A DNA stretch of 64,000 nt from Naegleria gruberi. Taxonomy: Eukaryota. The notes under the pieces were generated by a model. It saw only the letters and a program-made list of their open reading frames with translations. It was not told where the DNA came from and ran no database searches. Each line of letters begins with the position of its first letter. Position 1 is the first letter of the stretch. The position numbers and the translations under genes were made by a program. This document shows positions 21,102-31,460 of the stretch, one piece after another. The stretch lies in assembly GCA_000004985.1 (NCBI GenBank), contig GG738855.1; one strand, given 5' to 3'.

Positions 21102-22391
21102 TTATTCCTTTTCAGCAGCTGCTTTTTGTTGAGATTCAAACCAAATATCTGTTAAATTTTGTGAAACAAATTCAAAAACTGAAAACATGATACCAGTTGA
21201 TAGTGTCACCCACATAACTCTAGGAGTGATACCTTTGAAAAATCCTCTCCAACCATCATCTTGTTTAATCTTTCTGAACATGGCAACAAAGCCACCCTTA
21301 AATGTTGTCGAGGTTTGTAATCTAGTCTTGATGACATCAATTGGATTACTCAGTGAGGCAGCCATAGCACCTGCAGTACCACCAACAACTATCGACTCTG
21401 AAAAGGTTAATTTCTGAGCAGATTTTAAGGATTCTTGTGGGTCTTTAAGTGTTGAATTTTTCAAATCATCTCTGTATTGATCCATCTTTCTATTTAAAAT
21501 TGAATTTTTCAATACTTCATAAATTAAAAATTGAGTCATACTGTATGGAATATCTCTGACCATTGTTGCAGAATAACCTCTAAATAATCCACGAATTCCC
21601 TCACTCCTAGCAACTTGATAAAAAGTTTTAAGTGTAGATTGTGAATATTGTGCAGATGAAAGTGAATTTGTTTGAAATCTACATTTTATCAATTCAGATG
21701 GCACAAAAACCAAAGATCCCATAAACTCTGCTGAACTACCTGCCAACATGTACGCAAAATTTTTATGTTCTCTCAAGAATTCTGAATTCTCCAAAAGTAA
21801 TCTCTTCATTGATTCATAAGTTCCAAAATAGATAGCTCCTGCAGGTAAACTCCCATAAAGCGTTGGTACCCATCCTCTAAAAAGTCCTCTCCTTCCCTCA
21901 GTCTTTGCAATTGTAATAAAAGCATCCAAAGTATTCTTATAAACAAATCTATTAGAAGTTGATAAATCTCCAACAAATTGTTGTCTAGTTTTCACTGTAT
22001 CCAATGGTTGTAACAATGTATCTGAAACTATAGATGCAATAGATCCAGAAATAAAATCAATAGCACGTAATCTCTCTCTCTTGGTTGTTGATTGTAAATT
22101 ACTTAATTCCTTATCATCTTGTTCATCTAAATCCGATTGTTCTTGTTGTTGAATCATGTAGGGATGAGGTGGAAGAAATGCATGATGTTGAGCATGATGA
22201 TGATGTGGATTATTTGAATTATTAGGATTATTAGGATTTGATAATAATGAATTATTATTAATATTATTTGTAATATTCATATTATTAATATTATTAATAT
22301 TATTATTGGTAGTGGTGGAGGAGGAGGTATTAGGAGAAGAGGAAGGAGAAGATAATTGGGAATTTGTGGTGGTCATTGGAGAATTAGGCAC
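21102..22391 (-). CDS. Mitochondrial carrier family (SLC25) protein with an N-terminal poly-N/His low-complexity extension.
   Basis: Three carrier signature repeats, PLDTVKTRQQ, VPSELIKCRFQ and NPIDVIKTRLQ (Px[DE]xx[KR]), each preceded by a hydrophobic helix. The roughly 110 aa N-terminus is NNNINNINNMN...HHHHAQHH. Confidence 0.75.
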   Translation of the reverse strand: MPNSPMTTTNSQLSSPSSSPNTSSSTTTNNNINNINNMNITNNINNNSLLSNPNNPNNSNNPHHHHAQHHAFLPPHPYMIQQQEQSDLDEQDDKELSNLQSTTKRERLRAIDFISGSIASIVSDTLLQPLDTVKTRQQFVGDLSTSNRFVYKNTLDAFITIAKTEGRRGLFRGWVPTLYGSLPAGAIYFGTYESMKRLLLENSEFLREHKNFAYMLAGSSAEFMGSLVFVPSELIKCRFQTNSLSSAQYSQSTLKTFYQVARSEGIRGLFRGYSATMVRDIPYSMTQFLIYEVLKNSILNRKMDQYRDDLKNSTLKDPQESLKSAQKLTFSESIVVGGTAGAMAASLSNPIDVIKTRLQTSTTFKGGFVAMFRKIKQDDGWRGFFKGITPRVMWVTLSTGIMFSVFEFVSQNLTDIWFESQQKAAAEKE

Positions 22392-22817
22392 TAAAGATGA
22401 TAATTTAGAATTTAATATAATATTTAAATTAAATGATGATGTAATAGATAGTATAATAATATTATATCAATGATTATTATAAATTATATATTGTTATTAT
22501 TATATGAAACTCTATTCGGGACGACGGCTTTTACTTTCGGAGGAGTTTTTTCCTCTTTTTTTGGATTCAATGAAAATAACGACTCGAAATTCACACACTC
22601 TCTAGAAAGAGATTGGAATTGATTGGGTTAGAGGGAGAAACAGAAGGTGAATAGATAATGGAAGAAATTAATAATGAATGTATGAATATATATTGAATGA
22701 ATGTGTTAAACTTTATTGTCGGATGGAGTTTCATAGAGGGATGATGATGAGGAATCAACAATTCCCATGGCAGTAGCATCTTCTTGAGTTGAATTGGAGT
22801 TTTGATGATGATTTTCA

Positions 22818-25800
22818 TCAAGTATTTGAATGCTCTGGGAAGAACCAATGTTGTTGGTAGTGTAGTGGCTGTGTGGTGGTGATATTGGAATTGTTTGTTG
22901 TTGGAATGGTATTAAGCTCAGTGTCCTTATCATTATCTGCTGCTGGAGTGACAACAATGATTGGAGTGCCACCTGGTGAGGTGTTATGGAGTGGTGTTGG
23001 AGTGGTTGGAGTTTGAGAGGGTTGGACTGTGTGTCCATTGATGTGACCATGACCATTTAAGGTTGTAGATGGTGGAATAGTTGCTAAATTACTATTCGAG
23101 GATTTGGTAAGGGCCTTTGCTTTTTGAATGGCCTGAAGTGAAACTGAATTCTTCTTAACAATCTCAAACCATTCCTTATATTCGGCAGTGAGCTGGAGAC
23201 GACGGAAGGTATCTCTCAAATTCTTCACAACCTCTGAAATGACAATATCCAAATCATTGACAAAATATTCGCTCTTGAGATAGTCATCAGTGAAGAAATC
23301 CTTGGCAGCCCACTTGTTGAAAATAGTCTTAGAAAAACTTGACAAATTGACAGTCATTGGAGCATTATCAGGAATGTATGTGTTGTAAATGTTTTCTCTG
23401 AGTTCTGTTGTGGCCTTGGCAATTTCTTCCTCTGTTAAATTTTGTTTCAATAGTGGACGATAGAATGGGCGATCTGAGGATGGTGATTTACCAGTTATGG
23501 ATCTAGGACGAGCTACAGCCATGAATAATTGAGTATAGACCTTTTCCATATCACTGATAAATGCAAGATTTTCAATGGAGAATTCAGTTTTAGCGTATTG
23601 TCTAATGAGTTCAAATCCCTTCTCATCAATGAATAATCTGGCCAATTCATCTCCCAACAAGTCAAGATATGGAGAGTTTCTAATTGTTCTAAATTTGATA
23701 ATTTCACCTGCATCAAGTTCAATACTTGTTTCTTTAAGGTTATCATCATTGTGATCGGCATATCTATCGAACAAAAATCCAATTCCTTCAGCACACTGAT
23801 TACTCAAACGAATTCTCTCATAGAGTGTCATGAGACAAATGAATCCACCACCAGAGGCCATCAGTTCCAAAAAGATGGCGATCAATTCAAGTGGCAATGC
23901 AACAAATGTGGCCAAAATGACAGAAGGAGCATAGGTATTGGAGAGGAGAACGACCATATCGTCAGTTCTGGACATGGCAATGGATCTAACCACACCCATA
24001 GAAACATAAAAGACAATTGAAATGATGTGAACAAGCATTTCCAATCTATAGTAGAGTCTGTCATTTCTCACAAAGTATGCCTTCAATTTACAGCCTAATA
24101 TGAGTTTCTTATTGGCCACTATATCAATACTAAAGGCAACAATTACCAAGAAGACTGCAAATGCAACCAATAAGCCACCAATTGCTTGAATGGCAATCAA
24201 AACATTCGGAGCTGGAACAGTAAAAAGGAGAGGAATAATGATCGAGTAGATAATAATCAAGACAATAGCCATAAAGGTTACTGTGAAAATCTTGACCTTC
24301 TTGGATCTAGCCCAACGGAATGTTAACTGCTTAGCTTTTTCTGAAGTATTGAGTGAGCTGGCATCGGATCCCTTTCTCTCTCCAATTGGTTTGTCATTAG
24401 ACCCTGAACTTGAAGGAGAGTTATTGAGTTGAGCAAGGGATGAAGATCCACTTGATTGATTCTTCCTCTCAAATGATTCACGTTTCAGTTTGTTGTACAT
24501 TTCAGCATAGACCTTTCTCTTATAAAAGAAGAAGAGAGTATTCATAAAATAGATCAGATAAGATCCACTGAGTAAACCAAATGTTATGAATGTAAATATC
24601 ATGAGCAAGTATTCTTCTCCCCAAAACGATTGCAACAAAACTCTACAAAAATTAATAACAACCTGGAAGAGTACAAGGTATGGCAAATATCCTCTCGAAG
24701 CTCTAGGTTCAGTTTTCCTGAAATAAATTAAAAAGAAGAGAATAATCAATCCAGTGATTCCATTCACAACTACAACCAATGTAGAGATGGCATAGTTGGC
24801 ACTGACAACTCTTCTCTGCATGGTCAGTGTTGGATCTTCAAGATCAGAATTTAGGGAAACAGTATCTTCAAAAAATACATTGCTATCTCCAAAGATTACA
24901 TTCGTTGGAAGTGGAAATTGAACTTGAGAATTTTTAGAAGCATAAACCTTGAATTCGAATTGAGTTCCCAAATTCGAAACCAATAATTCACTTAGCGTTG
25001 GAACACTTTCAACCCTATCACCCTCATCCATTGGATGTTCCAATGCAGAACGAAGTAAATCCTCCAATTTCGCCTGCACAGTAAACTCAGTACCAAAGAA
25101 TGCCTTTCTTATTCTCACCGGTTTAATATAGACATAGTCAGTGAGTGGATTTTTCATTTGTGGTTCATTAATAATAATACCATCATTCATTCCAATATTT
25201 GTTGTGGAATTGATAACCAATTGCTGACCTACGAGGGCAATTCTTCTGACCTCTCCTGCCTCAACATTGACTGTACTACTATCTTCAGCAATACCTCTAA
25301 TACCTCTACTATTATTATTAGTATTATTATCATTATTAGATGTATTATTCATGGTGAGAGAAGTAGAAGTAGATGATTCTGTCGTATTAAAATCAATATC
25401 TGTAAATAATTCAAAATAGAGTGGAGCCAATCGAGGTTGATAAGCCATTGCCCACAAATTAGTTTCATAAAAAGTCGAATTATTAATGATATTGATGGAC
25501 AATCCAAAGAGTGTTTGTCTCAGAATGTTGGCTGTAACTGTAATCATTGTAACTTCAATGCTGGTTGGACAATCAACGATGGTACCTGCTGGAGTGGTCC
25601 TTTTTTGCATATCCGTGAGTGAACCTAATAGTTTCCAATTTCCGTAAACATTTGGAAGAAACTTGTATTCGTGGCTTGAGGTGAGTTTGTTGTATGTTTC
25701 TATTGGCATTCGACAATTACTCGCAAAATTGGTCAGTGGAGAAGCCTGTATTATTATTGTTTGATGCCATACTATTAAAAGAAGAAGAAGAAATAATGAT

Positions 25801-25847
25801 GATGAAAATGTATTCGAAATGTTTCGAACAAAATTATGCCTGCTCAT
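22818..25847 (-). CDS. Second receptor-like signal-peptide / ectodomain / 7TM / RGS-domain protein, with the same architecture as 13173..16382.
   Basis: The N-terminal signal is FSSSLFLLLLLIVWHQTIIIQASP. Seven hydrophobic helices follow (LVVVVNGITGLIILFFLIY ... VILATFVALPLELIAIFLELMA). The C-terminal RGS-box is FELIRQYAKTEFSIENLAFISDMEKVYTQLF ... LRENIYNTYIPDNAPMTVNL. The tail is Thr/Pro/Asn-rich. Confidence 0.6.
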   Translation of the reverse strand: MSRHNFVRNISNTFSSSLFLLLLLIVWHQTIIIQASPLTNFASNCRMPIETYNKLTSSHEYKFLPNVYGNWKLLGSLTDMQKRTTPAGTIVDCPTSIEVTMITVTANILRQTLFGLSINIINNSTFYETNLWAMAYQPRLAPLYFELFTDIDFNTTESSTSTSLTMNNTSNNDNNTNNNSRGIRGIAEDSSTVNVEAGEVRRIALVGQQLVINSTTNIGMNDGIIINEPQMKNPLTDYVYIKPVRIRKAFFGTEFTVQAKLEDLLRSALEHPMDEGDRVESVPTLSELLVSNLGTQFEFKVYASKNSQVQFPLPTNVIFGDSNVFFEDTVSLNSDLEDPTLTMQRRVVSANYAISTLVVVVNGITGLIILFFLIYFRKTEPRASRGYLPYLVLFQVVINFCRVLLQSFWGEEYLLMIFTFITFGLLSGSYLIYFMNTLFFFYKRKVYAEMYNKLKRESFERKNQSSGSSSLAQLNNSPSSSGSNDKPIGERKGSDASSLNTSEKAKQLTFRWARSKKVKIFTVTFMAIVLIIIYSIIIPLLFTVPAPNVLIAIQAIGGLLVAFAVFLVIVAFSIDIVANKKLILGCKLKAYFVRNDRLYYRLEMLVHIISIVFYVSMGVVRSIAMSRTDDMVVLLSNTYAPSVILATFVALPLELIAIFLELMASGGGFICLMTLYERIRLSNQCAEGIGFLFDRYADHNDDNLKETSIELDAGEIIKFRTIRNSPYLDLLGDELARLFIDEKGFELIRQYAKTEFSIENLAFISDMEKVYTQLFMAVARPRSITGKSPSSDRPFYRPLLKQNLTEEEIAKATTELRENIYNTYIPDNAPMTVNLSSFSKTIFNKWAAKDFFTDDYLKSEYFVNDLDIVISEVVKNLRDTFRRLQLTAEYKEWFEIVKKNSVSLQAIQKAKALTKSSNSNLATIPPSTTLNGHGHINGHTVQPSQTPTTPTPLHNTSPGGTPIIVVTPAADNDKDTELNTIPTTNNSNITTTQPLHYQQHWFFPEHSNT

Positions 25848-26563
25848 TGTATGTGCTGGCTTGTGGGGCGTGAACTATTTTGATGATAACGTTTTTTTAA
25901 AGTGAGACTTGAAAGGTGGATAACAAGTCTTGATGGTTGGACGAAAACGTATGAAATTGGTATGTATCGAATAAAACTCCTTATTAAAAATACAAGTCTT
26001 CGTATCCGATGGCCGATGTTATTCTTGTTGTTAAATTTAACCACAGTTACTTTAATTACTCAAACAGTAAAGTTATTGTTTATCTGCTGTTTTGCAAAGG
26101 TTAATTGTTGATGATGAGAAATGAGAGCTTTCGAATATCTTGTGGGATTTTTTAATTAATGCATGCAGGGTTTCGGCAAAGTTGCTATTATATTTCAACA
26201 CATGACAAGAATAAAGTTGTATTGTGCCCAACAACATAAATATTAAAATGGAACCTATTCACGTTTTCTGAAACATTTAAAATTAGGTTGTTGCCATATT
26301 CGAAATGAAAGGAAAATAGTGTTGAACGGTGAACGACTAAGAATCATGTTTGGTCTTTGTTAAGTTATTATCTCAAATATTCAAATAAATTGTAAATATT
26401 TAAATTTTTAACCTTTCTTTAATATTGAACTTTAGAATTAATATTATCCTGAAAGATGACATTTTGTTGAAATTGACACAATGAAACTGAACTCTTTTGA
26501 ACAGTGGCAAAAAAGAAGAACTGGTTCCTTTTGTAAAGATTACATGTAAATATTTCAATTTAT

Positions 26564-27244
26564 TTAAACATTACAAGTATACTTGAAATCAGAATATCTC
26601 TCACATCTCAACAAACCAGTACTGCTGCCATAATATCCTCCAACAGGTTTCTTACAACCAGAATCCTTATAAGTAGTGGTTGTAAAATAGGAATTAGTAC
26701 AAGTGGTAGTTGAGTATTCACCAGAGAATGAATTTGCAACTGGACCACATGAATTAATTCGTTGACCCTTAGCACTGACAACATTAATTGGAGCAAGTTT
26801 ATCAACATCACAACTGGAAGCATAATCACCCCATGGATAGCTGAGTCTCCACAACATGTCATCTGGAATATCAATAACCAATGGTCCACAAGCTGTCAAG
26901 GTAGATTCAGTGGCAGTGTTAACACATCCCTTAACTTTGACATTTCTAGTGGAATCACATCTTCCACATCCCTTAGTACAGAGTGATTGGACTATTCCAT
27001 AATCACCATTACAAACTGAGTTTGACCAACCATACTTTTCCCTGTAACACATACTGGTAGCATGGAACAATTCGACAGTATTCAAATCTTTAATGAGACA
27101 GCCAGGACGAAGGAATTTATAGATCTGAACAAAGTTTCCCTTTCTATTGACTGGAACAGCCAATGAAAAGCTGCTCAAACAAATAATGCAACAGAGGAGA
27201 GCAAGGAGAGAAATTGCCTTGTGGATGCTATTGGAGGTGAACAT
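26564..27244 (-). CDS. Small secreted cysteine-rich protein. Family unknown.
   Basis: 226 aa with an N-terminal signal peptide (AISLLALLCCIICLSSFSLAVPV) and more than 20 Cys in the mature part (CTKGCGRCDSTRNVKVKGCVN...CGPVANSF...CTNSY...CKKP...CERYSDFKYTCNV). Confidence 0.45.
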   Translation of the reverse strand: MFTSNSIHKAISLLALLCCIICLSSFSLAVPVNRKGNFVQIYKFLRPGCLIKDLNTVELFHATSMCYREKYGWSNSVCNGDYGIVQSLCTKGCGRCDSTRNVKVKGCVNTATESTLTACGPLVIDIPDDMLWRLSYPWGDYASSCDVDKLAPINVVSAKGQRINSCGPVANSFSGEYSTTTCTNSYFTTTTYKDSGCKKPVGGYYGSSTGLLRCERYSDFKYTCNV

Positions 27245-28077
27245 TTTTTAGAGATGATATGGTGGGATATTTGCAGTAAATTCGCTTAAAATCTATTTTG
27301 ATACAGTAGTGGGCAGTTTGTTACAATGAATTGTTGTTGTTCCGTACCTTCCTTTGAAATTATCCAATAAATTGTTTCACAATTTCACAAACATTTCTAT
27401 GTTACTCTTGAATGAAATGATTGAGACGATACATCTCAATTCAAATATCAAGCAATCAGATAACATATATCAAATAACTGGCATCCAATAAGTGAAGATA
27501 TTCTATCTGATTGCTTGATTGTGGAGCGCAAGTTTTTTAGAAGAGATAAGTAGTGCCATTACTGTGTCTTGTACGGTATCGATTTGTATTACTCACACCT
27601 TACTATAAAGCAATCAGAACTTTGGCTCAATGCCCTTAATAATTTTCATCAATCGATCGTGAGTAACATGATAAAGTTTGGAAGAAAAAGAAAATTTGTC
27701 TTTTTACCCATCAATGAGTAAACTTTGAAGTAAACATATGAATCAAAGAATTTCTTACACACTAATTATACCGGCCCAATTAACCCGAACCTCTTGATCT
27801 AAGGCATCGAACATATTTAAGATATTTATAATACTATTAATATATTATCATGTACCATTTAAATTCAATAAACAATAGTGCTATCGTTCGCACTCTTAGG
27901 ACAAAAAAAAATTCTGTACATTTGCTATCCGTCCGTAATGATTCTTCATCGGATACACAAACTAGCGAAAAGTGGATGTCGAGTAATTGGCGATGATGAT
28001 AGTGTCATTGAAGTAGACACAAAATTTGGAGAATTATAATTCATCAAAAAAACAACAATATACCTATATAATACAAT

Positions 28078-28751
28078 ATGATTTATTGGATCCGAACATT
28101 ATATGTGCTCATCATGGCATTCCTGTTTGATGATTATTATGAAAAGAATAGTCTTCCATATGATGCCGACCACATTTATGAAATGAGAGTTTTACCATAC
28201 GATTTGGATATGAACTTTCACCTTAACAATGCTCAATATCTTTCCTTCATGGAACACGCCAGATTTGATATGATTTTGAAACATGCCAATGTTTTTAATA
28301 GATGTAGAAGAAAGGGCTATGGATGGGTTGTTGCTGGAGTTAGTTTCCAATTTAGAAGAAGTGCCAATTTATTTGATAAGGTCAGAATTGTAACCAATGT
28401 GTAAGTATTCATAATTCATTGTTTATTCATTGTTTATTAAGCTGTGGTGCCGATGAGAAATGGTTATACGTACAACAAAACTTTTATGTTGGTAAGAGAT
28501 TTATCGGCAGAGGTATTGTGAGAATGTGCACATTTGATAAGAATGGTGCTGTTTCGACTGCCAGATACTTTAAGGACATTTTACATGTTGATATTGAAAC
28601 TGCTGATCCAAAATTCAGAATGACTAAGGATGATTATGCCAAATTTGTTAATGCTGATTATTCAATTTCTGCCAGTGGTGACACTAGAGATGATATCATG
28701 ACCAGAGTCAGCAGTTTTGTTTTCCATGACGAAACTTTGAAGGAAAAATAA
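28078..28751 (+). CDS. Thioesterase-superfamily (hotdog fold, THEM6-like) protein, two exons: 28078..28401 and 28441..28751 approximately.
   Basis: YEMRVLPYDLDMNFHLNNAQYLSFMEHARFD matches the acyl-CoA thioesterase hotdog motif (YxxDxNxHLNNxxYL...E.AR). A GTAAGT...TTAAG intron of about 40 nt joins VRIVTNV to VCGADEKWLYVQQNF. Confidence 0.5.
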
Positions 28752-28816
28752 ATTGAATATTAAAATATTCAATATGTAAAGGAGCAATTTTATACAAGGA
28801 AATAAAGTTACAATTT

Positions 28817-30040
28817 CTACTTTTTATAGTAATTGGAATAAAAGTGGAGGGCAAGAATTAATTTAGCATCTGGCGTGATTCTTGGTGCCTCATCAATTGG
28901 AATAACTCTCAGAGTTATAAACTCGTTTTCATTCTCTGAACCTGTGAATTTACCTTTGAGTGAATTCAATTCCTCTCTAGAGATTGAAGTCTTGTAAAGG
29001 AAGAATCTCATAAATTCATCACTACCACCAGGACTCAAATAATGACCTGGGAATGGAGAGCCACTTCCAAAGCATAATTCTGTCAAATCTACAAGTTCAG
29101 TATCTTTAATTTCAATTCCAGTTTCTAATAAATTAATTAATAATACATTCACCAGTGAAATTGAAAATATTTGAATAATTATTTAAATAGTTGGGATTAA
29201 TTTAACACATACCTTCTTTTACTTCCTTTGCAGCAACACCAGAAAAATTTCCATTATCATCAAGAGAACCAGCTGGTAATTCAACAGATTTCAAAGTACC
29301 AATCGGAATTCTTGGTTGTTGCACTAACAGTAAATATTCCTTTCCTTCACATTCCAACACTATAAGAATTCCAACAGATCCTCCTCTATGTAAATCATTT
29401 CGAATGGTTCATAAATATTTACGGATTAAACCTACCTAGCAAATACAATTCCTGGTAATGGAACTAACTCTTCTTCATTTTGTGTAACAATTTTGGTATA
29501 GGTAGCTGATGTATTACTGGATCCATGTTTGGAGAGTGGTGTTCCAACTTGAACAGTCTTTTGAACTGTTCTAATTACCTTGATGAAAATATTAACTTTA
29601 AACTTTACAAAACCAATTTGAAATCTTGTTCCGAATGTATCAATAGATTGTATTTCAATGTCCTTAATGAAGAGATCTTTCCACTCTGCACCTGGAGCAA
29701 TTAATTCGGGATTAGGTGTCGAATGTAAAGATCTGTAATCTTCAATTGATTTCTTCATATTGACGAGCCAATTATTAAATTGTGGACTCGCAATGATATT
29801 CTCAATTTTTGTACATGCTTTAACTTCTAATTGACTGTCCATTTTCACCATTACTCTTTGATCATTAATATCCACATATTGTGCTACATTGTAATTTCTT
29901 CTAATGTTAGAAAATCCACCCATCCCATGTTGTGATGATGAAAATAATTTGCAATATGAAGATTTAATTAATGATGATGTATTCTTTGATAGATTGTGAA
30001 TAACGGATGCACAACTTGTTCTGGAAAGAAAACGAGACAT
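28817..30040 (-). CDS. Nudix hydrolase (ADP-sugar pyrophosphatase-like) with a mitochondrial-type presequence. Three exons: 29436..30040, 29213..29385 and 28817..29124.
   Basis: Exon 2 encodes RGGSVGILIVLECEGKEYLLLVQQPRIPIGTLKSVELPAGSLDDNGNFSGVAAKEVKE, and exon 3 begins ETGIEIKDTELVDL. Together these form the Nudix box Gx5Ex7[RK]EVKEETGI. The N-terminus MSRFLSRTSCASV... is rich in Arg/Ser. Introns are GTAGGT...ATAG and GTATGT...TTAG, and the phases are consistent. Confidence 0.6.
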
Positions 30041-30145
30041 TTTTTATGATGAGTGAAACATGATAAACAGTTGATACAATGTAGTGTGGATAGGAATGTG
30101 CGATTTGTTATTGTAATAATAATGAATACATTACAGATTGGATTA

Positions 30146-31327
30146 TTACCAATCAAAAAAGCCATTCAATAGAGGATATTCCAATTGTTGAGACTGAGAA
30201 GTAAATTGATTAATTTGAGAATAATCCAATGGCTTCATGGTTTGGTTTCTGAGCTGATACCCTCTTAGATAGGAATCAATGCAACAATCAATTTCATTAA
30301 CGTGCTCGAGTTCTTCTGTTTCAAAGGTTGTGGATTTCTTATGGGAATCAAATAGGTTGTGTAGTAATTTCAATTGGTTCAGATTGTTTACAATGAATTC
30401 TAAATATTCTTGGTTTGGAGTACAAGATACTACAATACCATTATCTTTAACTGTTTTGATGAAATCCATTCGTGCACCATTATCTGATTGAAATTTCCAT
30501 GGTATAATTCTTTCATGCTTTACCAATTTCATCCTATCGAGAATATAGACAAGAGTTGGATGTGTTTGAGTGAAATCATCTTCAATACTCAACTCTTTCA
30601 ATAAATACTTGATAAAGTGATGACAATTACAGGAGAGCTTGGCAAATTGTTTGTAGCTGTTCCAATAAGTACACACTGTTGCAATAGTTGTGATTGCATT
30701 CTTTACATTTTCTCTGCCTCTAATTGTATGATATTGGTAACACATTACAGCGGATGCAGCTCTAAACATGTCACATTTTAATTTGACAAAACTTGAATCG
30801 TTCCAATCTATCTTGTAAGGTCCAATAATAATAAAAGGATGATTGACTCCTATTAAATTCCCTCTAAACAAAGTATTGGTAATTAACTTTTTACAAGGAT
30901 ATTCTAATTGTGAAACTCCTATCCAAATATTTAAAAAATAGGCTTCATCAGTTGCAGAACAGGAATGTTCGATGACACTGTCAGCCATATCAATTTTCAC
31001 TTGTTCTTCCATCATCATTATGTTATTTTCAATATTTGACGAAGGACTATTTACTAGATTCAAATTATTGTTATTATTTTCACAATTCCGTAATTGATGA
31101 TTACTTGTAATATGAATATCCACCATTTGTTTTCCAATACTCTCCACATTCATCACATGTTTTAGAAATAATTCTTCATTCACCAAATATTCAATAATTT
31201 GCAAATTGGATGATGGTAATGTTTTCCTCTTCTTCCTCCTAATATTTTCCATTCTCTTCTTTACCTCTTCCGACATTTTATCTTCTCCTCTCGAAGAATC
31301 CAATTGTTCGCGTCGTTCTTCCATCAA
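30146..31327 (-). CDS. Hypothetical protein, 393 aa. No recognised domain.
   Basis: Continuous ORF with a basic/acidic N-terminus (MMEERREQLDSSRGEDKMSEEVKKRMENIRRKKRK) followed by a Cys/His-containing globular region. Confidence 0.35.
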   Translation of the reverse strand: MMEERREQLDSSRGEDKMSEEVKKRMENIRRKKRKTLPSSNLQIIEYLVNEELFLKHVMNVESIGKQMVDIHITSNHQLRNCENNNNNLNLVNSPSSNIENNIMMMEEQVKIDMADSVIEHSCSATDEAYFLNIWIGVSQLEYPCKKLITNTLFRGNLIGVNHPFIIIGPYKIDWNDSSFVKLKCDMFRAASAVMCYQYHTIRGRENVKNAITTIATVCTYWNSYKQFAKLSCNCHHFIKYLLKELSIEDDFTQTHPTLVYILDRMKLVKHERIIPWKFQSDNGARMDFIKTVKDNGIVVSCTPNQEYLEFIVNNLNQLKLLHNLFDSHKKSTTFETEELEHVNEIDCCIDSYLRGYQLRNQTMKPLDYSQINQFTSQSQQLEYPLLNGFFDW

Positions 31328-31460
31328 TACATTTTTTTAAATAATTATTTAAATTATCATCAAATGATGTTGAAATAATTCATTAGGCCATTACGCATAA
31401 GAGGTTGAACTTGTAGATGAAATTGGCGCCAAAAATTGGAACCAACAACAACCTTAAAAA

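Noticed and set aside
22591-23056. ORFs 22591..22848 and 22706..23056 (minus) as extra exons of the 7TM-RGS gene
   Set aside because: They are out of frame with, and overlap, the continuous 22818..25847 CDS, which already ends with a stop at 22818. No splice signals support them.
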